This document shows positions 45,821-60,738 of a DNA stretch of 64,000 nt, piece after piece. Position 1 is the stretch's first letter, and the number at the start of each line of letters is the position of its first letter. The stretch lies in NCBI GenBank assembly GCA_964016885.1, contig OZ024746.1, positions 55,738,001-55,802,000 of the forward strand, in the 5' to 3' direction. This stretch comes from Eledone cirrhosa. Lineage: Eukaryota. The notes beneath the pieces were generated by a model. It was not told where the DNA came from and did no database searches. It saw only the letters and a list, made by a program, of their open reading frames with translations. The position numbers and the translations under genes are program-made.

Positions 45821-46542
45821 ATTAATATATATTATTTCGTGTAAAAATATCAGACAATATACCGATGACAGCTTTCTATACTCATCATGAGAAGCCTGCT
45901 GTTTCCTTAGGCTTCTCAAATTTCGAATACTTTTGCTATTATGCTATTCTTCTCTTTTGCAAATTCCTGTTAATATTCAATTTTAAATCATAATGCAGAT
46001 CGGAAACGGGGAAATGATGACAACATAAGTAAGAAGCAAATCTATTTCATATTTCTATGGACATGAATACGTTTTTGAGAATATGAAAATGTGAAGTTCT
46101 TTGATGCGTACACGTGACCTTTGTAGGATTTAAAAGATATCTGATCAAAGTTTCTACACAAGATTCGCATGTGCATTGTAAGAAGACGGAAAATTAAAGG
46201 TTACAGTTCAAATATGAATGAAATTTCTGCCTGCGCCCAATTGTGCGAAAGCGACTCTGCCAAATAATTTGCGACATAAAATAAATTTATATGGAGGTGA
46301 AATAATTATATAAAGGCATATAGTAAAATGTTTTATTCTAATATATATATATATAGATATATATATATATATATATATAATCAAATAATCAAAGACACTC
46401 ATGTATATATGCGTGTGTCTGTTTGTGTCTGTGTTTATGTTTGTCCATAAATATATGAATAGAAGTATAGGTCTGTATGTATCTATGTACATGTGTGTAT
46501 ATGAAATAGGCTGTATTAGAGACAGTATACCTTTTAGAGATT

Positions 46543-46614
<72 letters not shown>

Positions 46615-48989
46615 CGTGCGCGTGTGTGTGTGTATATAGAGAGAGAGATAGAGGTGGAGAGAGACGGAGACAGATGTTGAGAGATAATTATAGCGACGCC
46701 TTGCTTGTGTGTTGTGAATGCTTATCATAAAGATAATAAAAATGATAAAGATATTTTAGTGACATATATTTTAATATAGAAAATTGTCTGATAACATTCA
46801 ACAAATATGATAATAGTGAAAATTTAAAACATATAACTGACCGTATTTGGAAAGCTATATCGATCAGACGATCGAGCAAATAAAGCTGGTTTGCTTGAAC
46901 TTTAGTGTGACAAAGCTGCTTGTTATTCACAGTTCTGTGAGCACATGCCATTTTCAGACAGATTCGTACCTCACGGGAATTTTCGATTGGAAATGGAATG
47001 ACGGGAATTTAATTAAATTTGAAGTAATTTGCTTGTTCTTGAAATAATTCACTGAATCTTAAGGTTATATTTCAAAGATGGAGAAGAATAGATGAAGTGG
47101 TTTATCATGTGCCTAAATACAAAATCCATTGTTTAGGGTCTATTGTCTCATACTTTGATCACAATACAATCTCTTTCAACATGTGTCACACTCATAGTTC
47201 CCTGCTTCAATGATTTATATATATATATGTGTGTGTATATACACTACGTGCATTAACAGTAACCTAATTATATTCTCTCCTTTTTAGTGTTTTTTTTTTA
47301 ATCAGACAGAGAATAGTCTTCACACATTATTCACTGCATATCTCTTGCATTGTTTGTCATGCATTTATACTTCTCTATTACACGTGTATTATTATAGAAA
47401 CAAAAACAAATGCAGTTTTTAAAGACACCCAATGTATAGTTCCGTAGTAAAATGGAAAATCACGAACCCTATATTTGCCTTATTTCACATAAAATATTCT
47501 ATACATATGTTACAATAAAGTTTCGTTAAAAAACGAGGTTTGAAGAAGGATTTCGATAATAAATTGGATCCTCTTTTTCTTACATTGATAAGAAATTGGA
47601 TCCTCTTTTTCTTACATTGATAAAGATACTGGTTTGGTAGCAGCTTAGAGCTTTAGACAGATATAATTGCGTTATTTGTTACATGTTTTACGTTCCCAGT
47701 TCAGCATTTATTTTCATTCTTCCGTGGTTGATAATAAATATACAAGTAACTATTGGCTTCGATTTATGAGTCTTTTCTCTCTCATCAAATTACGGCATTG
47801 GGTTTTACACACACACACACACACACGCACACACATACACACGCGCACACACACACACACATATCTATCTATCTATCTATCTATCTATCTCTCAAAATAT
47901 ATATATACATCATTTTTTTTTCACTTTATGCCAGACAACTGAACTAGTAATATATTTATCAACCTGGGAAGGACGTAAGGCAAGGTAAACATTCTGCGGG
48001 ATATGAAACGAAAGGACTGTAAGACAATATAGATACTAAGGCTGACGTCCTAATCTGACGTCCTAATGACCCTGCCAATTCACAGCCTTACATCATATAC
48101 GTTACTAACAATTAAACACCGACCAACAGAGAGGAGAATATTAAACCACCAATCTCAGCATGTAATCTCAACATGTAGTGAAAATCAATCTTTAAAAGTG
48201 GTTCTTTAATTACTTCCACGAAAGTTCCACGAAATTTAATCAAATTGAAATAATTAACAAAAATATAGTTTTGTTTAAAATAAACATAAATATATAAAAT
48301 TGAATATATATTTTTGTTTAAAATAAAACAAAAAAGAATATACAACACAAAGAGTGAAATAATGAAGTAATGAATAAATAAAATATTCGAAAGCGATAAT
48401 ATGAAAAAACAACATTATCAATGACAAGCTAAAACGTAAGCAACAGCTATAAAATTAAAAAAACAACAAAGGTTTGGAAATTCCAATTACCAAATCTATT
48501 AGAATTAATCTCAATAGTTAAATTAGTATACAAAAGACATTTTAAAATAAAAGTATTCTCTCTCTATATATATATAGTGTGTATGAATGCATGTATATAT
48601 GTATGTATTTATGTATGTATGTATGCATGTATGTATTTATGCATGTATATATTTATGTACGTATAAATGTATGTATGTATGTGTCTATTTATGTATGTAT
48701 ATATGAATGTATGTAGGTATGTATTTATTCATGTTTGTATGCACGTATGTAAGTATGTATTTATGGATTTATATATATATATGTATAGTTGTATGAATGG
48801 ACGTATTTAGGTATGTATGAGTTAGGTATATATGTATGTATGAATGTATGTATATATATATGTATGTACGGAGGCATGTATGTACACATGTATCTACGTA
48901 TGCATGCATGTACCTATGTTATCTCTTTCTCTTAATTTCGAGTATATTTTTGACCGACCACCTTCCTGGTGGCAAGGTTGTAAAAGAAA

Positions 48990-50175
48990 AGAAATTGTCA
49001 TCCCTTGAATCGCAAGAATGTTTTGCAAATTGTGAAGGTGCCAGCTATCGCAGCCATTTGTAGACTATGAATTAGGGAGCCGCGCTCTTTGTCCGCAATC
49101 CAAGTTCAGTTATACATTGGTCCAAGCGGGTTGGTATATAATCCGTAGCTCCAATAATGATGGGTATGAAGCTAAAGGTGTATCTTGGATACTGGATTTG
49201 TAAACTCCTCATCAACGGTCCGTAAATGTTCTCCTTCTCCTGTATTTTTCTGACAACGTTTACATCAAGTGGGCAGCTGATCTCCACAACAGTACACGTT
49301 TTCAATGTGTAGTCCCAAACAACAATATCAGGCCGGTTGTGATTTAATTTGGTGGCAGTTTTTATTTTCAGGTTCCACCAGTATTCCTTAGTGCCACCTG
49401 TCTCAATCTATTCTGCCTCGTTTGTTTTAATTTTGTTTTCCGGAGTGCGATCCAGATGGTTCTAGCTATCCCATCATGTCTCATGAGGAGGTAGTAGCGA
49501 GATGACATTCTTTCGCAACAATGTGGCTTACATCTTCGATCTTTGTTTTACATAGCCTGCACTTATTGTCAGCTGATGGCCCTCCTCTTTTGTGCAGCAG
49601 ATATTTGGTAGGGAGTTCTTGTTACTGTATTGCATACATATATCCCTTAAGGTGTGATATAATAAATTTGTCGGAGCTCCATGCCAGGCTTTTTGAGTGG
49701 TTTATCCCCTTTATGGTCTGTGTTTTACGTCTCAAGTATCCATGCACAACTTTTTCTGTAAATTGGTCAATTTTTTCATCTTGTTTGAACAATGAATAGG
49801 ATCTTCCGATTTCTCTAGGTGAGAGATTTATATCAGGCTTTCTCTCCTCCATATCAGTGGCTATCCTAATGATATTTTTTTCTTCATGCTCATAAACCTG
49901 GGCAAGATGGTTGCCAACCTTTTTCCTCTGTTGAAGGTGTTGCTTCAGTGTTACTATCCGGAACTCATATGATGTTAATATGGATTTTAAACCCCGGCTA
50001 CCTTCTTGCGTGAGAAGTATAGCCTATCCACATCACCATTGATGTTAAAGTTCCCAGTAACACTGAGAAGTTTGCGAGTTCTAACATCCATCTCACTTAG
50101 TTCTTGCAATGACCAGTTCAACAGGCGGAATGTTGGGTTTGGAATTGGCACAGCATAAGTATTGTGGGCAATGTA
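48990..50175 (-). mobile_element. R4/Dong-type (restriction-like endonuclease) non-LTR retrotransposon 3' fragment
   Basis: AHNTYAVP..LNWSLQELSEMDVRTRKLL..DVDRLYFSRK; YMYAIQ; NHNRPDIVVWD..VVEISCPLDVNVVRKIQEKENIY..IPIIIGA (PD..D/E RLE motif). Confidence 0.85.
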
Positions 50176-50478
50176 CTTGTTGTATGTATATATGTATGTA
50201 TGTGTGTATGTATGTATACATATGTATGTATGTATGCATAACATGTCTTCATATAAATAACAGAATGTGTTTACCCTAAAAAATATAAAACCTTGCCTTA
50301 AATTAGGTTTCATCGCTCTCGTTTATTATATATAAATTATTATGCACACACAGATTCACAAAAACAAATGCAACCGCACAAACAAATACACACACACATA
50401 CACACACAATCGAATATATATGTATATATATCTATATATATATATAGAGAGAGATTGATAGATAAATATATGTATACA

Positions 50479-50547
<69 letters not shown>

Positions 50548-50653
50548 GTCTGTGTATGTATGTATGCAAAAGGTTAACAGAAAAAAACAACAGAATCGGT
50601 ACAGTATATGGAAGGTATATATTACGTTAACTCTTGATAAAGCAAGAAGAGGG

Positions 50654-50689
50654 TCTTACCGTTTCGGACGCTATTCCTTCATCAGAAGA
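50654..50689 (-). ncRNA. Minimal hammerhead-like motif in a PLE-like terminus
   Basis: UCUU-CUGAUGA-A-GGA auagcg UCC-GAAA-CGGU-AAGA. Confidence 0.55.
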
Positions 50690-50860
50690 AAGAATGAGAA
50701 ATAAGATAGATTGGGGAGTCGGACGGGATGGAATTTGAAAAAAATGTATTTAGATACAAAATAACAGGTCCATTCATGTTGGCAACTCTTGCAAAAGTGT
50801 TGCACCTGGTGTTTTGTCTATGATATATTTTATAGAAAAGTGAATGATGGAGCGCGTCTA

Positions 50861-50954
<94 letters not shown>

Positions 50955-51160
50955 ATTATTTGCGGACTCCCGATGGAGATCAGAATGCGATCACAGTTAA
51001 AAACAATACTATGTATGTTGGTACTGTATAGGAAAGTTTCATTCGTATGAAGTCATCTTAGATTTGGTTACTCCAGATAATTCCATACAAATGGAACATG
51101 TCTAGACATGTAGAATATATTTCTACATATATATTGATATGTATATATATATATATACAT

Positions 51161-51236
51161 ACATGGCAGCGATAATGAGGGACAGAGACCGCTGAAGAGA
51201 ACTCATCCATGGGTCTCTGGATTTTTACCCGCACTA
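51161..51236 (+). mobile_element. Very short RTE-like 3' end, same family as 975-1052
   Basis: acatggcagcgataatgagg..cagagaccgct..agagaactc.tccatgg.tctc matches the reverse complement of 985-1052. Confidence 0.75.
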
Positions 51237-51348
51237 TATATAAGCGGAGATGTATATCATAAGAGAGGGGGAGAGAGAGGCGGTAACATTTGATTTTAAA
51301 CGAACGAATTGCTCCTCCTTCATTTATTTATGTTGCTTATACATATAC

Positions 51349-51477
<129 letters not shown>

Positions 51478-51489
51478 CATACATACACA

Positions 51490-52296
51490 TATCACGATAC
51501 ATTAACGGATCCATAGACTCTCGTCGTTCCCTGTAAATATTGTGCTCAAAGGAGAGGAAATCCCGTGCTCTTTAAAATACAATATGTTGAAAAGGTAACA
51601 CACTAGAGAGAGATACAGTGCGCTATCAATAAAACAGGGAAAAACCACCAGTGTATGGAATCTATAACCTATGAAAGGCAAAGTATAGACACGTTAATTA
51701 AAAATATAAATTAAAGCGTAAATAAATACCTCTATAACTATATAACACACGTACAAATCCAAAGTTATCTGTTTCGCCAGTAAGTTGTTGACAGAAATGA
51801 AATAACCCCGATTCATCAGCATGTGTAAGGTTCAGACAACACTAAGAGAATGTTTAAAGCGACCGTCCAGCTACACGTGGGAGAGTGAAGTCACAGCGTG
51901 TTTAAGGGTAGTGAACCAGTGGCCTCTGGGTACGAGCTGCTAGAAAGTGCAGCCCAAAACCACTCACAGAAGTGTGCTCAACCAAACAGAGAGAGAGAGA
52001 GGAAAGACTGTTCTAAGGAACGAAATATCACGATACATTAACGGAGCCATAGACTCTCGACGTTCCCTGTAAATAATATGCTCAAAGGAGAGGAAATCCT
52101 GAGCTCTTTAAAATACAATATGTTGAAAAGGTAACACACTAGAGAGAGATAGAGTGCGTTATCAATAAAACATGGAAAAACCACCATTGTATGGAATCTA
52201 TAACCTATGATGGGCAAAGTATAGACACGATAATTAAAAATATAAATTAAAGCGAAAAAAAATACCTCTATAACTATATAGCTCACGTACAAATCC
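51490..52296 (-). mobile_element. 1.5-mer of a ~535 bp non-coding unit with a decayed hammerhead
   Basis: 51490-51760 matches 52025-52296. CUGAUGA-aUCGG..CUGGC-GAAA on the minus strand at 51762-51823. Shares gctagaaag.gcagccca with the 660 bp family. Confidence 0.7.
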
Positions 52297-52626
52297 ATAC
52301 ACACATATATATATAAACAAAATACGTTGTTGTCTCAGGAGTGGCCGTTTACTATATACATCCAGCTATCTCTATAGAGTTGATATTATAGGCTCTAGGT
52401 AATGTTTGGTGTTTGATTACATAAACAGTATCATAATGTTATTGTCTTCTCCTCTAATAACAATTGTTTCGTGCATTCATCCCTGTACACTTGCTATCTT
52501 CACTTAACACTTTGAAAATTCAATTCATATCACGCTGCGTATATTTCATTTTCCCAGGCATTTAATTAATTAAATGTAATTAGATTTTTGCAGTGCCTTG
52601 GTTCATAAATACATATAAAGAAATAC

Positions 52627-52812
<186 letters not shown>

Positions 52813-53028
52813 GTTAAAGATGTACATCCATATATGTATACTGAAATACTAGTATGTATATGAATACACACACGTATACATATGTAGATGTACCAAGTTT
52901 TTTCACTGGTCACTTTACTGTGAGTGGCCAGCTATTCTGTATGTAAACACACAGACAAACCGGTTTTTAGAGTCATACTGGTTTTTGAGGAAACACCTTT
53001 CCTCTATTCTCCAGAAAGCCAGACAAGG

Positions 53029-53073
53029 AATATTGAACTAGTTTCGTTGTTGTTACAACTCATCAGCAATATT
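53029..53073 (-). ncRNA. Type I hammerhead ribozyme
   Basis: Reverse complement of 53546-53590. Confidence 0.9.
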
Positions 53074-53545
53074 TACCTATCTTCCGGCCTCTCTAGAGAA
53101 TCGTAAAAGCACATATCGTTATATGCTTTTTCTATGAAAATTAGTAGTGGGCAGACTAACTTGCATAGAGTGTGAGTAAGTACCGGTTCAACGGAGACGA
53201 TAAAAACAAATAACGAAACGAAATTAAATTTCGTTTCGTTTGTAACTCACTTTTGTATGACTGACGCTTAAACAATTAAGTTAAAGATGTACATCCATAT
53301 ATGTATACTGAAATACTAGTATGTATATGAATACACACACGTATACATATGTAGATGTACCAAGTTTTTTCACTAGTCACTTTACTGAAATTTAATTTCG
53401 TTTCGTTATTTGTTTTTATCGTCTCCGTTGAACCGGTACTTACTCACACTCTATGCAAGTTAGTCTGCCCACTACTAATTTTCATAGAAAAAGCATATAA
53501 CGATATGTGCTTTTACGATTCTCTAGAGAGGCCGGAAGATAGGTA

Positions 53546-53590
53546 AATATTGCTGATGAGTTGTAACAACAACGAAACTAGTTCAATATT
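53546..53590 (+). ncRNA. Type I hammerhead ribozyme
   Basis: AAUAUUG-CUGAUGA-GUUG uaacaa CAAC-GAAA-CUAG-UU-CAAUAUU. Confidence 0.92.
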
Positions 53591-54012
53591 CCTTGTCTGG
53601 CTTTCTGGAGAAGAGAGGAAAGGTGTTTCCTCAAAAACCAGTATGACTCTAAAAACCGGTTTGTCTGTGTGTTTACATACAGAATAGCTGGCCACTCACA
53701 GTAAAGTGACCAGTGAAAAAACTTGGTACATCTACATATGTATACGTGTGTGTATTCATATACATACTAGTATTTCAGTATACATATATGGATGTACATC
53801 TTTAACTTAATTGTTTAAGCGTCAGTCATACAAAAGTGAGTTACAAACGAAACGAAATTTAATTTCGTTTCGTTATTTGTTTTTATCGTCTCCGTTGAAC
53901 CGGTACTTACTCACACTCTATGCAAGTTAGTCTGCCCACTACTAATTTTCATAGAAAAAGCATATAACGATATGTGCTTTTACGATTCTCTAGAGAGGCC
54001 GGAAGATAGGTA

Positions 54013-54057
54013 AATATTGCTGATGAGTTGTAACAACAACGAAACTAGTTCAATATT
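54013..54057 (+). ncRNA. Type I hammerhead ribozyme
   Basis: Identical to 53546-53590, 467 nt downstream. Confidence 0.92.
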
Positions 54058-54360
54058 CCTTGTCTGGCTTTCTGGAGAATAGAGGAAAGGTGTTTCCTCA
54101 AAAACCAGTATGACTCTAAAAACCGGTTTGTCTGTGTGTTTACATACAGAATAGCTGGCCACTCACAGTAAAGTGACCAGTGAAAAAACTTGGTACATCT
54201 ACATATGTATACGTGTGTGTATTCATATACATACTAGTATTTCAGTATACATATATGGATGTACATCTTTAACTTAATTGTTTAAGCGTCAGTCATACAA
54301 AAGTGAGTTACAAACGAAACGAAATTTAATTTCGTTTCGTTATTTGTTTTTATATATATA

Positions 54361-54518
<158 letters not shown>

Positions 54519-56072
54519 GTTATACTTGGGGACGGTCATATTTGTGTAATATTGCCAGAATTAATAACAGAACACACTCACTGTTTGGTTGGTTTTCGCT
54601 TTTCGCTTCTGTGTCTTTTATATCGGTAATCTAATTTATTCGGTCCTCAATATTTCCAGTGACTGACCAACGGTAAAAAATAATACAGGTACAATATAGG
54701 CACAAACACATATATAAAGTCTATCAAAGTTCGTTCGTTACACATCTGCAACATCGTCAGTGGTGCTATTGTTTCCTCCCGTTACATTGTATTTCTACGC
54801 CATCTTTATTTAGTCTGTTTATATATTTATTTTTTTATTTGTTTGTTTGTTTATTTTATTTTGTCTTCTTTGCGCATGCGTTTGCGTGTGTGTATAGTGT
54901 TTTGTTTGATGTGTGTTCGTGATTGGGTGACTGTGTATTGGTTAATGTATTCTACCTTTACTAGTGTGTGTTTATATGCGTTTGTTGTTGTTCTGCTGGT
55001 GTATGTATTTATTTATTTATTTATCTATTTATTTATACTTCTCTTAGGTCAGTGTTGTTTGTTTGGGTGTTGTTGTTATTCCATTCATTCTTTCTGTTTA
55101 GTCTTGGCCTTCTAAGTTCTATTTCACTGGCCTCTCTGATTTGCCTATCTGCTGGGTCATTTCTATGTTTAGATATTATTCTAATTTCTATGTTGTCTAT
55201 GTTACCGTCGTGTTGTTGTCTGGCATGTTCATATAGTACTGACCCGTTTTTTCATTCTTTTAGTTCCACCCAGTGTTGGTCTATCCTTTCACCTATGCTA
55301 CGAGCTATCTCGCCTATGTATGTTGTTGTCATGTTTCTGCAAGTACCCTCTGTACATCTTATGCTATAGACTACGTTTCTAGTTTTACAGTTTATCCGGG
55401 GGGTTACCTTACATATGATACATTTCCTATTAGTACAGTGGGTTCTCTTAAAAGGGTAGGTTTTGCTGATCAGGGATTTTATGGTGGTTCCTGGCTTTTC
55501 TACGACTTTAATCTTTAAGTGGGTCTTTCTCAGGGGCTTTCTACACTGGTTAGCTAATTTCCCTCCAGGGGTAGCGTCCACAAACATGACACTCTGGTAT
55601 CTCTGGTTGTCGTACCATGAGGTGGCTTTCCCTATCTTATGTCTAGCCCTATCTAAGCTATTCCATGATTTGCTCCTGTATAATGGGCAAATTCCTTACA
55701 TGTCCAGTTCTATGAGGGTTTTATACTTCTCCATGGCTCCTTCGTATACTCTGACTCTGTCTCTTTGGTTGTAGCCAGAGAACTGCATGCGGTTGATGAA
55801 GTGTTGGATGTGTCTATCCATTTCTGCTGGGTCGCACATGCGGGACACATTCTTCATCACTCGTACCAAATCTGCGATCAGAATATTAAACTTAGCACTA
55901 TTGGACATCGCTGAGTTTTTGAGTATCATGTATTTGGAGGCCATGGGTTTAGCCTAGTGTGAGTGGAGAATTTGGGCTCTCTCGTCTATAGTATTAATCC
56001 AGAGTTTCGTGTCTAATACAGGTAGTCTATTGTTAGGGTGTTTGGGGGGGGTAGTCGATAGTTACAGTTATA
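54519..56072 (-). mobile_element. 5'-truncated PLE (family A2)
   Basis: Reverse-complement homologue of 25240-26772; MFVDATPGGKLA, YIGEIARSIGERIDQH; HHR core at 54722-54767 with GAAA changed to GAAC. Confidence 0.92.
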
Positions 56073-56074
56073 TG

Positions 56075-57060
56075 GATTCCTGTATATTCTTTCAATGTAA
56101 CATTATACAGTAAAATTGGGACTTCAGAATTCTTTACAATCTATATGACTATGGAATTAGGATCTATGAGTATTGCCATTGAAAAAGCAATTCTATAGTC
56201 TCTGCAGAAACAACGTTCTTGGTTCTGCTCGCTGTTACTACAGTGATGAGTTTCCAACATTTATAGTACCAAAAGACAGGATGTGCCATATTAAACACAA
56301 CCACGTCCAATGATTGTCCTTGAGATTTATTGATGGCCATAGCAAAACAGAGCCTGATTGGAAATTGAAGCCTTTGTAATTAAAATGACAAATCAGTTGG
56401 CCTGAGAGGTTCTCCGGCAACGAAAGAATTGTAGCTAGCAAATTTTCCTGAAAAGAGTTGGACTTCTAGCACATGCGACATCATTTTTGATGATGAATCA
56501 TGTGGCATTGCAAAGTTTTGGATGATCCAGTTTATGAAGTAGTGTAACCGAAGCCCCAAAACTTCTCTATCAATTTGTGTGGATGAATTCCTGCCAGTTC
56601 AAATCTGCTCAAACATTTCTTGAAAGGTTACAACTCGGTTTTGGGAAATGACTTTGTCTACTGATATTAACATCTTTTCTCTCCCAATCTCATATAGCTC
56701 CCGTAACCTTCTGTTAATTCCTTTCATTGTAAGATTATTCGGTGTTAAGCATGCTCATTTACAACCAGTTCACTTTCCACTTCAATGATTTGCACAAATG
56801 ACAATTAAATCTTGACATTCCAGTCCATTTCAAGAAGTTCATTTCAAGAAGTCCATTTCCCAATTTGAGTAGCTGGCTGGCAAACGCACTGACACCTACA
56901 TCACCAGTCAAATGCATTCGTATATTGGCTGTAAATCCCATTCGTTGAAAATGGAGCCAGAAATGTTTACAGATAGGCATTGACATGATCCGATCGGGTC
57001 CTTCGAGGATTGTTTGGCTCAGTTTTTTTGAAGTCACCAGCAATAATCATTGTCATCAAA
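56075..57060 (-). pseudogene. Decayed Helitron helicase segment
   Basis: FWLHFQRMGFTANIRMHLTGDVGVSAFASQLLKLGNG resembles the Helitron Pif1 LW....L..NMR.....FA..LL.IGNG region. Confidence 0.65.
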
Positions 57061-57727
57061 CATACAGGAAGCTCATGTGTCGTTTTAAGGTGGATTTTGC
57101 CTTTTCAACGGCATAGACATAGTTTTTTTTTCTTTTACCGGTTCATCACACCGCAATGTTGGCAGCCTTTCCAATGATGATTTGTGAATTGCTGCTGTAG
57201 TCCTTTTGGGTTCATGAGAAAAATCAGCCTGTTCGTATTTCTTGTTGCTTGTGTTCCTGCCTGGACAAATGACCGGTTTGCTTCCTCAGTACGTCGTATA
57301 ATTTGTCACACTTGCCAATTTATTGTTCTTGTGTAATGGCGTTCCTATGATAATTTTTTAAAAATCCAAACGGTACTGTCTGTCTATTACTAATTCGAGA
57401 GCTGGTGATAAATTTGTGAATACTCTTAGAAGACAGACCTATGGAGTGTCTTCGGGAGTATTGGGTTATCAGGTCAATTTTTAAATAATAAAGAACTAGA
57501 ATAAAAATATGTTTGTGTTAATTCAAATATCATTACAAAATAATAACGAAAGAATATCTGACAACATAATGTATACTGTATGTATATTCTTTATTTCAAA
57601 TGTTTACTGCAATAAAATATACATCGCCTGCTATATTAAACATGAGGTAGAGAAAAAAAAACAAAAAAAAACTCACACAAACCCTCACACACACATACGC
57701 ACGTACGTATACATACATGCACCCGTA

Positions 57728-57774
<47 letters not shown>

Positions 57775-57922
57775 ATAATAATAAATGTTAAGACTAAAAT
57801 CCAAAGAGGGCTCGATAAGAAAAAATATATATCAAACATCTAAGAACCGTAGAGCAAGTATTTATTAAAATAACAGATTAAACTTTAATCTGTTATTTTA
57901 ATAAATATATATATATATATAT

Positions 57923-59835
57923 ATAAGTATGTAAACGTACATACATATATGTATACAGACGTACAGTAGTATGTATATATATATACATACATGCACACAC
58001 ATATATATGTACGTATGGATTCACCGAACATTTATTATAATGCTCAGTGTGTTTGTAAACAAACATCCCCTATTAAGCCGTAGTGTCTAGCAACCATCGT
58101 TGCTCGTTTATTCAACACTGACAAAGGAACGCTGTACTAGTTTCAAGCTTATTAGCTATCGTCAGCAACGTATACATTCCGGCCAGATTGTATGCATATT
58201 AACTGCTGAGTAGCCCAATTTGCATATCGAGTTGGTTAATCGGCCGGGTGCACCGAAAACGATAAACGGAAAAAATGAAACGAAATTTCATTTCCCAATC
58301 TTAGGACGGCTGTTACTTCAATATAAGTATGTATACGTACATACATATATGTATACAGCCGTACAATTGTATGTATATATATACATACATGCACACATAT
58401 ATATATATATGTACGTATGGATTCACCGAACATTTATAATAATGCTCTGTGTGTTTGTAAACAAACATCCCGTATTAAGCCGTAGTGTCTAGCAACCATC
58501 GTTGCTCGTTTGTTCAACACTGACAAAGGAACGCTGTACTAGTTTCAAGCTTCTTAGCTATCGTCAGCAACGTATGCCTTCCTGCCAGATTGTTGATTGG
58601 CAAATTGGGCTACTCAGCCGTTAATATGCATATGGTAAGTATATACGTTCAACAATGAAGCAGGAAGGCATACGGTGCTGACGATAGCTAATAAGCTTGG
58701 AACTAGTAGAGCGTTCCTTTGTCAGTGTTGAACAAACAATCAACGATGGTTGCTAGACACTACGGCTTAATACGGTATGTTTGTTTACACACACACAAAG
58801 CATTATAATAAATGTTCGGTGAATCCATACGTACATATATATATATATGTGTGCATGTGTGTATATATATATACATACTACTGTACGTCTGTATACATAT
58901 ATGTATGTACGTGTACATACTTATATTTAAGTAACAGCCGTACTAATAGTGGGAAATGAAATTTCGTTTAATTTATTCCGTTTATCGTTTTCGGTGCACC
59001 CAGCCGATTAACCCACTCGATATCCAAATTGCGCTACTCAGCCGTTAATATGCATAAGGTAAGTATATACGTTCAACAATCTGGCAGGAAGGTATACGTT
59101 GCTGACGATAGCTAATAAGCTTGGAACTAGTAGAGCGTTCCTTTGTCTGTGTTGAACAAACAATCAACGATGGTTGCTAGACACTACGGCTTAATACGGT
59201 ATGTTTGTTTACAAACACACAAAGCATTATAATAAATGTTCGGTGAATCCATACGTACATATATATATATATGTGTGTGCATGTATGTATATATATATAC
59301 ATACTACTGTACGTCTGTATACATATATGTATGTACGTGTACATACTTATATTTAAGTAACAGCCGTACTAATAGTGGAAAATGAAATTTCGTTTCATTT
59401 TTTCCGTTTATCGTTTTCGGTGCACCCGACCGATTAACCCACTCCATATGCACATTGGGCTACTCAGCCGTTAATATGCATAAGGTAAGTATATACGTTC
59501 AACAATCTGGCAGGAAGGTATACGTTGCTGACGATAGCTAATAAGCTTGGAACTAGTAGAGCGTTCCTTTGTCTGTGTTGAACAAACAATCAAAGATGGT
59601 TGCTAGACACTACGGCGTAATACGGGATGTTTGTTTACAAACACACCGAGCATTATAATAAATGTTCGGTGAATCCATACGTACATATATATATATGTGT
59701 GCATGTATGTATATATATATATATACATACTACTGTACGCCTGTATACATATATGTATGTACGTGTACATACTTATATTTAAGTAACAGCCGTACTAAGA
59801 GTGGGAAATGAAATTTCGTTTCATTTTTTCCATTT
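57923..59835. mobile_element. Retrozyme-like array: ~402-426 bp monomers, ~1.7 units (-) head-to-head with ~3 units (+)
   Basis: HHRs at 58130-58170 (-), 58532-58572 (-), 58673-58713 (+), 59097-59137 (+), 59523-59563 (+); inversion at ~58597; (TA)n flanks. Confidence 0.9.
58130..58170 (-). ncRNA. Type I hammerhead ribozyme (representative of the ~420 bp family)
   Basis: CGUUG-CUGACGA-uAGCU aaua AGCUu-GAAA-CUAG-UA-CAGCG. Confidence 0.85.
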
Positions 59836-59856
59836 ATATATATATATATCTGCATT

Positions 59857-59922
<66 letters not shown>

Positions 59923-60586
59923 GCATTACTCGTCCGCACCCAATTTAATTGTAAATAAATATATACATGAGACGCGATTTTCACTGAGAGGTGGGGGGCT
60001 TCAGGGGGGAGGAGAGACTCTGCCAGACAGAGAGATAGAGGGAGGGAGAGACATACAGAGAGAGCGAATGAGAGAGAGGAGAGAGGAGAGAGACAGCTGG
60101 AGAGAGCGAGGGATGGAGAGAGACAGACAGACAGAGACAGTGAGGAGGGAGGGAGAGAGAATGAGAGAGAGAGAGACAGACAGGCATACATACATTCAGA
60201 CAGAGAGAGCGAGAGAGAGAAAGAGGAGGAGGAGGTTTGTGAGGTAGAGAAGAAAGGGGAGAGTTAAAGAGTGAGTAAAACATGTTTTTGTATTACGCCT
60301 ACAAAAGACATTTGCCCTGCTTGAGTTGGTTGTTTACTCTCCTATTGCCGTTTTAGCAGCACGGTCATTTGTCTTATATTAATTTCACTTTCTCTTTTTC
60401 TCAATTTTATTCATCACACCTCTCTTTTACGGTTTTCTCACTGTTTTCTCTTCCATCTTCCCTTCTCTCCTCTCTTTCCCACATCCTCTCTTTCCAACAT
60501 CATTTCTTTCTTGTTTCTTTCTCTCTCCCCTAATTTCTCTTTCTTTCTTTATTGCTCACGATTTCCCACTCTTTTAATCACTTTTG

Positions 60587-60738
<152 letters not shown>

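Noticed and set aside
52924-54162. Three copies of a 60-aa ORF (MASYSVCKHT...)
   Set aside because: GTG start, antisense to the hammerhead, no recognisable motif; a by-product of the 467 bp repeat.
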